DNA of 63,935 nt, counting the filler, from Choristocarpus tenellus KU-1152 (taxonomy: Eukaryota; Protista; Phaeophyceae): the NCBI GenBank assembly GCA_964200185.2. It is 12 parts of 12 records of this genome, joined end to end, with 100 filler letters (N's around TTAATTAATTAA, not from the genome) between each part and the next. Parts side by side here need not be neighbours in the genome. Positions count along the whole stretch, not along the records: positions 44,481 to 56,065 come from CAXNAD020002233.1; positions 56,166 to 60,146 come from CAXNAD020016813.1; positions 60,247 to 63,935 come from CAXNAD020018508.1; 9 more parts are not named here. One strand, written 5' to 3'. Below, one piece after another: positions 54,589-63,935 of the stretch. Every line of letters begins with the position of its first letter. Position 1 is the first letter of the stretch. A program made the position numbers and the translations under genes. The notes under the pieces were generated by a model. That model made no database searches. It was not told the origin of the DNA and was given only the letters and a program-made list of their open reading frames with translations.

Positions 54589-54839
54589 GAGTCGAAGTAT
54601 CTTAGAGGGTAGAGCCATGTCCTTTTGGGGGCCAAAACCCAATGTTCGGATTTTGATGTATTTTTGGCTATCGTGTTTGTTAGGAAGTGTGTCTATATAT
54701 ATCCTTGTTCCAGACATACCTTTTCATAACGTATTCACTTTACCTACTCCAAACTGTTTCAGAGTAGGTAAATGTCGTTAAAAAAAACCCATGGCAAGCC
54801 AAGCTTCAATCGGACAAACCCTCTAAGATAATTTCACTC
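54589..54839. mobile_element. MITE family A, full length (reverse orientation)
   Basis: TAA|GAGTCGAAGTATCTTAGAGGGT...ACCCTCTAAGATAATTTCACTC|CAA. Confidence 0.9.
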
Positions 54840-55461
54840 CAAAGAAGTAAAACAATAAGACAATGCATGGATGCGTCCTGCATGCCTATCTGCCACCAGG
54901 GTGTCGACATCACCGACTCTTGATTTATCTTTTTTTTCCATTCTAGGGTTAGAGTTGAGAGTTCTTAGATACTTTCTTTTGATGTTATGTATGTCCAGCA
55001 CCCCCCACGCCTCGGTTGAACAGTGGACATGAGTTGTGGCAATTGATTGCAGTTCCTGGCTCGAAAATTGTAGATGCACGAGTAATGAGCTTGAAACGCA
55101 CGAAGATTGCTGAGTGACTTGTGCCACCAGGAGGGTATAAACTGAAAAGCCTCCGCAGGTTTCAGTGGGCAGAGTTGAAGCCATGACAAGAACAATATGC
55201 ATTGAGTTATGGCTAGTGATATCACAACTTGTGACCAATACATGGTCCTGGAGAGACCTCTCGGTGTGTTCAAATTTTGAATTTGAAATTTGAAATGAAA
55301 AAAACAAGACTTGACCTGGTTGGTTGGGCCAGGTAGAGTTGGGTACATGGGTCTCTGAAGGGGTGGTAAAATGTCTCACTTGAAGACAAGAACATCTGGC
55401 ACGTTCAGGCGTGCTCCTGCTGCTTGTATTTTGATCAAAAAAAAATTAAATGATCGAATGA

Positions 55462-55555
55462 CCTTAACTCTCTTAACTCCCTTAACTCTTTTAACTCTCT
55501 TAACTCCCTTAACTCTCTTAACTCTCTTAACTCCCTTAACTCTCTTAACTCTCTT
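55462..55555. repeat. 9-bp tandem repeat with a 27-bp higher-order unit
   Basis: CTTAACTCT/CTTAACTCC units, about 10 copies. Confidence 0.92.
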
Positions 55556-57414
55556 CAGTTGGGGTATATTTTTATTCGAATTTTCTGATCAGTTGAACTG
55601 AAACCGATTTACCTGTCATGGTTTGACAACACGATGTTATTTGCTAATTACATGTTCAGTAATATATCTTTGACGAGAAAGAAGTGCTCTACAGCGATGT
55701 GGGGGTGTATCTTCTCCTTCCTATTGTGTATATTAATGAATCACTCGTTCATTCTTCATTCTTCATTCTTCATTCCGATTTTCCTCCAAACTGTTTTTGT
55801 TTTTGTTTTTTTGCCCCAGTCCAGCACCGGTAGCGGTTCCTCCTGCCTCTGTGCCTCCTGTCTCACACTTATTTTTGTTTGGTCTTATCTTTATTATTTA
55901 TTATTTATTTTAGGACTATCAAGATCACCGCGACAAAATTCTGGGCAAGTTTGTGTCCATGATTGAAGAATTGCTGGAGTCGAGATCTGGGACCCTGAAG
56001 TGGACCGATTGGGATGATCCATCCTCAAAGGGCGCAGCAGGGTCTGGGGGAGGGGGGAAAGGTGGNNNNNNNNNNNNNNNNNNNNNNNNNNNNNNNNNNN
56101 NNNNNNNNNTTAATTAATTAANNNNNNNNNNNNNNNNNNNNNNNNNNNNNNNNNNNNNNNNNNNNCCCCAGATACTTTGACCCATTAAGTCTCTAAGTGT
56201 AAGGCGTCAAAAAAGGCTAAAAGGTTGATTTAACTGTGGGACATACACTAGAATGATAAGTATATGGCGCACCTTCACAGTACTTGTCTAAACCATAGCA
56301 CAATGGTGTCAAACATTTGGACATCACTGTTCCACCAGAGCAGATGGTTGCATGCCTGTCTTCCCTGGTGAAACAATGGTATTTCAAATGTTTGATAAAT
56401 GGAGTCCCTGTAGTATTTTTCTTTTTTCGATCCTATCATATTCTTGTCAAACTATGACGTCTCCTCTACTTGTTGAAGCCTTTAATAAATTTCTACAATA
56501 GCTGCCAACGATTTTGTGCTCAGGGGAAGCAAATACGTTTCTAAAGTTGAAGGTTCTGTATCCTGCTCAAGATGCTACTCCAAGCACCTTAAAGTCTGCG
56601 GCCTACCAAATGTTTTCACCTTCTGTCGTCTTGCACCCCTTACTCCATGCTTGAGTGCCTGGGCTGGAGGCGAAGAGTTGTGGTACATATCGATGTGGAC
56701 CTCATCAGCCCTCCTGCCTGATGAGGGTCCTGACTGTGGGTGCCCACCATCATTTGTGACATGCTCATGGTAGTGTGTGCGTGACATGAGCCCACTGCTG
56801 TGCGGGATTGGAAAATTTGATACTTGGATGAAAAATGCTGGTAATAGGAAGAATAACATGTCACCAATATCTTCAACTGAGGGGAGGCGGCAAGGAATTT
56901 TCCCTCTCCATGCTTGCTTCCAGTTCACTTCGAACAGTGACCATATGCTCCTTATGTACGTTTTTCTGGTTCTTGTCATTTTTTTTTTGTCATTTGACTC
57001 TAGCAAAGCATCACTCAAGCTAATGGCATACTTTCTAGAAATATCAAGGTGGGAAGCAATTGCGGATTGGCTAGGGTGTATATCAAGGTGTAGGTCAGAA
57101 TAAGCCCAAGACATTGAATGAACCGTCAGCAAGGTAGGTCAATTCTTGCTCTTTTAAGAGTCCAAGGCCTTGGATTTCATTTGGAACACACGGTGCCCGT
57201 GCCAGTTAACCTCCCTTAGGAGCACATAGCTTTGGAAGATAAAGGTTGGTGTGAATACATTGTCAGTCGAAAGTACAGTTCATAGAGCTTGAAACATAGT
57301 TAGTAAGGGACACAGTATCCTTGAGGGGGGGGGTCCGGAGTCTATTCGGATCCAGTGTGACCCTGTAGTGATTTCATGTCACTTGAGTAAATGTGTCAGA
57401 TTTAAGGGCAATTT

Positions 57415-57673
57415 GAGTGAAAGTATCTTAGAGGGTATGAGTTTTTGCCTGTTAGTCCATTTGGGCCTTGGCTTCCCACGGGTTATTAATGGCATTTTAC
57501 CTACTCCAACATGTTTCAGAGTAGGTAAAATGTATATGTTATGAAAAGGTGTGTCCAGAATAAGGATATTGACACTTGCTAACAGACACGATAGCCAAAA
57601 TTACATCAAAATTGCAACATTGGATTTCGGCTCCCAAATGGACGCGGCTCTACCCTCTAAGATACTTTGACTC
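57415..57673. mobile_element. MITE family A, full length (259 bp), TSD TTT
   Basis: TTT|GAGTGAAAGTATCTTAGAGGGTA...TACCCTCTAAGATACTTTGACTC|TTT. The TIR is 23 bp with one mismatch. Confidence 0.93.
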
Positions 57674-58849
57674 TTTCCTTGAACTGAATGCACCTCCAAA
57701 TTCTATTCCCTGCCTAGATCAAATCTGAAAAAAATCACCCGCAAGAATGAGCACTGAATAGACAAACTGGTAGAATAACCCTCCTCTAGGATACAATGGA
57801 CCACAAGGCAATCACAGGGGCCACTGAAACCCAAAGGTATCCCCCTCTTAGATTGTAGCAATCAGTGAAAGAAGGGTTCCAACTAGCACCCTGTAGGCCC
57901 TCTAGAAGTTGCCACAGTGAAGATCCCCTAAGAAATACTGTTGAGAGAAATGAACCGATAGCTTCTCAAAGTACTTCCCGGTAAAGCACTCTGACCGCCA
58001 CCCACTCGGTGGAACAAAAGACCTTCTACTAACCCTAACCCTAACTCTAAACTAAGCGCTTGCAAAAAACTTCTTGGTGCTCAACTCTCATGAATGTTGA
58101 AAATAACAGGGGCATGATTGATAATCAGAAAAACGTGGATGGTGTGACTGTGAAGTCACAAGAAATCTGCAAAACCCCCAAAACATTATCGCCCCTTGCA
58201 TATTCCTCTGTTGAAACGTGTAAGGCTTTAGGGACCCAACACATCATGTTTCACTTGTGCAAGTTTATTTTTTCCTTCTTCTTACTTAAGTTGATGATAA
58301 GTCAATGGACAGGTGGTCATTTCTATTTTATCAATGTTGTTGCAAACAATGTGTCTATACTTGGGGCAATGGGGGCAAGATGTTGCCCCTTTGAACTTCA
58401 AAAGATGTTTTAAGCCAAGTGCCAAAGCTTCAACACTAACAACCACTATGGTTTACTATGAAACATTTCAAGACTGTGGGGCAGGACCTGTTTACTCCTG
58501 AAAATTTTGAGTGCAAATTTAACATCAAGATTTGTTTGTTGTGATAGGTGCAACATATTGCTCCTTCGATTATTTTGTGCTTTGCCCCTTAAAATTACAT
58601 ATATACATATACAGAGGGGTTGAGTGGATGTAAATCTGCTTTAAGTACAAACCAATTAATAGCCTTTCCAAAGCCTTCTTCACCTGTTTCGCACAGAAAC
58701 TACGGATGATGAAATTGAAACTTCCATAATTGGAAGGATTGTTGCAGTATGTTAATCGGTTATTGCTGCAACGTTTTTCCTTGAAGTTTTTGAGAAGGAT
58801 TTCACCATTATATCATGTGTGTAGTGTTCTTGTCTGAGCACTTGTTAGT

Positions 58850-59760
58850 CCACCCTAACCTCTACTCAATGTTGGTAACAACTCCAAACAATCCTCATGC
58901 CCATCCTTGTAGCCCCTTATGAGACCCTCAGCAACATGTTGCCCTGGCCCTCCAAATACGCCAGGATAGGGCAAACCACCTACCCACCTGCGTCCAATGT
59001 TAGTGTTACACCTGCTCGCTCTGGTTTTCCAGGCATGATCCATGTCCACGTCAGTATCACCAAATTCACTCACAGACTCTTTTAATACATCTCCAAATAT
59101 CATAGGTTTGGGCGAAGCTAGTTCTTGTACCTTGTTCACTCCTTCTGCATGAGCGTCAAGTGTTTGTATAGAGTACAGTTCAAAATACTCAGTGAATCAT
59201 GCACCTATATCTAGACTTAAACAAATCCGTGGTGTGAAGAGAAGCTGAAAAGAAGCATCACTGTACTTCTATCTGGTAGGTATGAACTATTCTGGAGCAA
59301 TGTGTAAAAGCGATAACATGTTGGTTTGAGATCTGAAGGGCCAGCTATTGCCTGCAAAGTGGATAAACATGATCAAGACAGCATGGTCGAACTCGGAGAT
59401 CTGGATCATTGCTATTTGGGCAACATTGTCCTTCACAAACGCACACCACAACTACAAAGGGCATCTTAAACCAGAAATAAAGATAATACAGCCTTACGAT
59501 TGGAGCAGATGTTTTATTTTTGTGAAGAATAAAGTAACAGACACGCTAAGTGGGTGTACTATTTGCAATGTCCCCTCCTTGCCTTGACACCTGAGTCGTC
59601 CTGGGGGTCTCTCATTCTTGTCCTGTCGTAGAGGCGGTTGCAATGTGTTGGATAGACGCTCCACTACATTGGTGTTAATATATTCCATTGCGTTGCCCAT
59701 TCCTCGTTGTACCCCAAGTATCTGCAGAGGTAGGATAGGAATAGCCAGGCAGATGATCAA
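58850..59760 (-). mobile_element. Possible highly decayed CRE-like non-LTR retrotransposon
   Basis: Scattered fragments LQILGVQRG, ISEFDHAVL and VTLTLDAGG*...LAYL fall in the order expected for the post-RT region. Weak evidence. Confidence 0.25.
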
Positions 59761-60092
59761 AAGAACCAGCATGTTGCAACACAATACACCCCCAAATTCA
59801 TGCACAGGGCTAGTACGAGTATTGGACAAAGAACAGAGATTGATAGACAAACTCAGGAATTTCACTTGGTGATTCGCTATCCTAGGCAATCGATCTGATG
59901 GTGGAATCGACATGGTGGAGTTATTGATGTTCATAGGTGCCGAATTCCGGGCACAATGCTGCATTATCAACACCATAAGTGAATCCAACTTTGAGGCTAT
60001 GAGAGAATAAACATGGCACGAAAATGGCTCTGAATGTAGTAATCCTTTTTCGAGTATTGTGTAGGTACTTTGAATTGCAAGCACATTGCCAA

Positions 60093-60286
60093 TGGCTCAA
60101 AGTATCTGGGGGGGGGGGGGGGGTTCTGTCGTTTGGGGGCAATTTTNNNNNNNNNNNNNNNNNNNNNNNNNNNNNNNNNNNNNNNNNNNNTTAATTAATT
60201 AANNNNNNNNNNNNNNNNNNNNNNNNNNNNNNNNNNNNNNNNNNNNCAAATGGACAGCCGTCACCCCCTCCCAGATACTTTGAGTC
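60093..60286. mobile_element. MITE family B termini on both sides of a linker
   Basis: GGCTCAAAGTATCTGGGG at 60093, and CAAATGGACAGCCGTCACCCCCTCCCAGATACTTTGAGTC at 60247-60286. Similar ends occur at about 80-98, 16142-16160 and 56166-56183. Confidence 0.8.
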
Positions 60287-61178
60287 ATAGTGTCATCATC
60301 GTATAGAAACCCTTGTCGACACATAGACATTTCGAACTCTTGATAGGTCTCTCGAAAAAGACCCTGTTCACATTGCACGAGGTTCAAGAACTTGCGCAAA
60401 GGGGGATTCAGGACGTTTTAGCTCTGTCTGGGTGGAGCCCATTCGCTCTCCTCACTCACATTATCCACCTTCTCTAGAGAACATCATGTTTCTTTGAACC
60501 CTAATTCGGTCATATGATAGAAATGGTAAATAATTCCTCTTCCCCTTGACAATTTTGATAGCGATTTTGGTGGTTGCAAGAAGAGTGTGTTTGATTTCCG
60601 CTGTCACTCTCTCTCTCTCTCTTCTTCCTTGGTAACAACCATCTACAGACATAGGTCTCCCCTCCTTACAAATCATCAGGTTAGACAAAAAAATCGCAGT
60701 GTGTCTCGTGTCGTGGATTGGAATGTCACATTCCACCACTCACCTCATTCTAGTTTAAGTAACTGCAAAGAAAGAAAGATAATCAGGCTCATCAGCTGAC
60801 CAGCAACTTAGTAACTGACACAGTTACTAAAAATCGAGAAACTCTTATCTTATGATAATGACCCTTGAGAAGTCTCCATGTTGCATACGGACGTTGCTGA
60901 GTCTTTGGTGATGGAACAAATTTTGGATGCAAGTTCAGCTCACACCGTGTTGTCTAGTTCGATTCTGGTTAAAAGTAGAATCTGATACATTATTTCTTTT
61001 TTCTGATACATGGATGCCTCCCTAGCTCCCCACCCAGGGCACAGGTGTAGGTAGATGGGAAGCACAGGAAGACAGTAGTGCAATATTTAATCGTGGTGAA
61101 GTAACTGATAGATATAGTGGTTTCCACACTTTCGGTGTTTTATGGTAGTGTTCTCACCTTTAGGATTTATATTTCTTT

Positions 61179-61204
61179 GGTTAGGGTTAGGGTTAGGGTT
61201 AGGG
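61179..61204 (+). repeat. Interstitial telomere-like (TTAGGG)4
   Basis: GGTTAGGGTTAGGGTTAGGGTTAGGG. Shorter tracts occur at about 3383, 4271, 4478, 4772, 13913 and 58030. Confidence 0.85.
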
Positions 61205-61465
61205 CTAATAACGGCATTCGTGTAGTTTTCATTGGTTTTCCCCCTGAGACACATATGCAAAATTTCAGAGCACAAAATAATATAAATGTTGTCCATCTCT
61301 GTCATCGAGTCATGCGTGATATCATCATATCTTTCACGCAACCTATTGATAAAGTCAATATAGTACACATGACAATATATAATGCAAACTATTCATCCAT
61401 ACTATATAGTTTAATATAGAATTAGTATTCTAGAACGGATAATTGTACATACTTGTGGAAGGATA

Positions 61466-62760
61466 TGTAACGGTGTGACTTCTCCGACCAATCAAACAAT
61501 TAGTCAATGACCTGGTGAGTTTTTCTTCTCTCTCTTCCAATCTACAATCGACAATCCACATGGGAATCCCTTGAATTCTTTTCTTCTTCTACGTAACGTT
61601 TCATAAAAACGACTGCACTTCGATATTATCTATGCACCTTGATTTGTGCCATCTCTTGTCCCCCAGTCGTACGCAACTCGAAGCCTACCAAGCCCCCTCC
61701 CTGCAAACAACAGCCCTCGCCTCCCTCATCACCACGTAGATCGTAGGTACAGAGAGTGGTCACCAACGGTCTTCCTCACTAACAAGAAAGTCTAATCGTA
61801 ACACCTCGGGATGACATTGATTTACGACCTCGAATGGGTCGTGCTTTCACTACAGCTTGCCTTCTGTTGGCTCGCGTTTCTGTGCAGAACTTGTGCCTAC
61901 AGCGCGTGCGCGACGCACCCCGTGAAGCTTGATTCCGTCCTAAACCAAGCAATACCTCGACTTCTGCTCCATCATGGAGTAATGTCGCCTCTACTGGATT
62001 ATACCTCACCTCCCCTCCCTCCACCCACAAAATAAACTCTCCATCCGAGGTAAGGAGGACCACGCCACTGCGAACGCTCTCACAGCGACGACACCCAGTT
62101 TGACGCCTTTCCTCGAGAATCGAGCATGCCCAAAGCGCCCGTCAAGGCCCTACTCTCTTTCGCAAAGTCCAACGTGGCGAAAATGTGGAGCTTGTTTCGT
62201 CCACAGAAGACGGAGAAGCCACGATCGCGATACCGGGCTTGGCTTGACTCCCTCTTCTTCCGCAAGAAGAGGTGAGCGAATTCAAGTAACCTAGTGGTAT
62301 AACGACGGGAACGGTATCTTGCGGTTGCCCAAAAAAACGTCCTTGCCGGCATGTCTGATGATTAACCTCCCACCTTCCCTCAGACCATCCGTCCAGTCAA
62401 CTTCTTCGACACTCCTTGAGGGTATACGAGGATTACAACCTCCACGGATGTTGTGTCCGGATCGTCGGCCATGCACCTGGAAGGAGGCGATGAGACCTTA
62501 TCCAGGAACAGAATTGGACACCATTGCCACCACAATCGTGCTTCTCGTAACGCTCGTGACGGTGGCAAAACTGTGGAGTCGCGTCGCTTCAAGATGGCAC
62601 CCGAGGTGGCGCCCCCTCAACCCTCGGAAGCAGCAACAACCGCGTAGACCAAACGGACGGGTAGCAGAGGTAAGCTAAGCAACAAAAAAGCGACTCCGTT
62701 CCAATATACTGCTGCTGTGTAGTTCTCTGACTCGACAGAGGTTGGATAAAGCCCTTGACA
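61466..62760. mobile_element. Candidate LTR (about 1.3 kb)
   Basis: TGTAACGG...CCTTGACA imperfect terminal inverted repeat, with purine-rich GGAAGGATA upstream. GC/CpG-richer than its flanks. No TSD found. Confidence 0.33.
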
Positions 62761-63619
62761 ACAACGGTTAAAATTCGCATATCTCAAATTTCGAATCTAC
62801 TATGGAGTGTTTGAAATCAACGGTATTTCTCCAAACACAGGGGCGCCCATACCTAATGTGCTGCTGTTGCTGCAGCCCTCGAGGTGACACCACATTGCTT
62901 GATTTTTATGCCTCGTGCGAGATATACAGTCCTTCCTTGAAGTGAGTATTTTCACTCCAACTCACAACCATCCTTCCTCCCTCTACATATTTGCCACAGA
63001 TTGAGATGTCAAGTACTGCATACTCTGAGCTGGAGCGGAGGGTGTGGGGACACCTTGCCTTTGCACAAAATGCACCTTTGACAAGAACGGCATCCTCACA
63101 ATTACCTTTTCTGACACTTCAGACACGAAACACAGTGACTGAGGTGCGCAAGATCGGGACTTGTCCCAGAATTTCGTGCATGCATAATATGTATTTCTGC
63201 ATTTCAGAGCAACCATGTACACCATGTCGGTTGACTCCTGCCAACATATACTCCGTGACAAGGGTGTGGTCTGCACTTTTGTGTAAATGAGTTGCCCTTC
63301 ACACTTGCTAATCATAGGTCTATGCCCCACTCAATCCTTTTCCAGTGTCAGGCAGACGCGATGAGGGAAGACCTGGAGCTTGAGACTCGAGCATGGGGGG
63401 AACTGGCGTTGGTGTATGGGTCGGTTCCAATAACGACATCTCTGCTGCGAGCGTCTAGGCCTGCCCGTGCCCTAGAGACTACCAGCACACCCTTCCAGTG
63501 CAGCACCCACTGTGCCAAGCCAGAACTACGTGTGGATAAGACCAAAAGGCGACGTACCTGGGAAGTTTGTCCTGCAATGAGCCCTGCACAAGGTGAGTCT
63601 GGGTCTTCCTCACTCCTCC

Positions 63620-63935
63620 TTCACCCGCCATCACAAATGAGGAAATTAATAGTTACCTCTCCACCAACACCACCCGTGGCAGAGAGAGGCAGCGTTCCAG
63701 CGTCACCACAGAGCCACAGCCACGGGGTGTTCATCTCACCGCCAACATCACCAGAGGCGGAGAGAGGAGGTGGTGAAGGGTATCCACAGAGGCACAGGGT
63801 ACACATCTCGCCACCCGCACCACCAGTGGCGGAGGGAGGCAGTACCGCTGCACCACGACGGCGGAGGGTGTTCACCGTGTCACGGCCTTCAGCTTCACAT
63901 AGCCATGGGGTGTTCATCTCACCGCCAACATCACC
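63620..63935 (-). repeat. GC-rich in-frame degenerate repeats (PLSATGGVGGEMNTPWL-like)
   Basis: GGGGTGTTCATCTCACCGCCAACATCACC recurs at about 63724 and 63907, with related units in between. Runs off the window end. Confidence 0.7.

Noticed and set aside
3201-60246. Regularly recurring TTAATTAATTAA palindrome
   Set aside because: Always centred in 44+44 Ns. It is an artificial six-frame-stop linker, so gene order across it is not biological.
63250-63600. Gypsy RT start on the minus strand
   Set aside because: Only a vague resemblance, with no diagnostic motif.

Overview
Eukaryotic nuclear DNA, most likely a photosynthetic stramenopile of the brown-algal type. This is inferred from the H2A/H2B N-termini (SGKGKGGR / AKTPSKK), long GT-AG introns between short exons, and TTAGGG motifs. 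The window is not one locus: it is 12 short contigs joined by an artificial 100-bp linker (N44-TTAATTAATTAA-N44), so neighbourhoods across linkers mean nothing. Genes I can support are a divergent, intronless H2A (intact) / H2B (nonsense-mutated) pair, each followed by a histone-type 3' stem-loop, and partial spliced genes for an RRM protein, an ELMO/CED-12-domain protein, an arylsulfatase and an alpha/beta-hydrolase. The rest is mostly decayed transposons: a Ty1/Copia lacking PR-IN, two DD39D-like mariner remnants, RTE-like LINE ends, LTR-like segments, and two abundant MITE families that share one terminal repeat and 3-bp TSDs. Minisatellites, hairpins and interstitial telomere-like repeats are also present. 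I found no clearly new multi-gene system. The best leads are the histone stem-loops, the twin-MITE system, a 302-bp repeat with a conserved hairpin, and a 54-bp-arm foldback.
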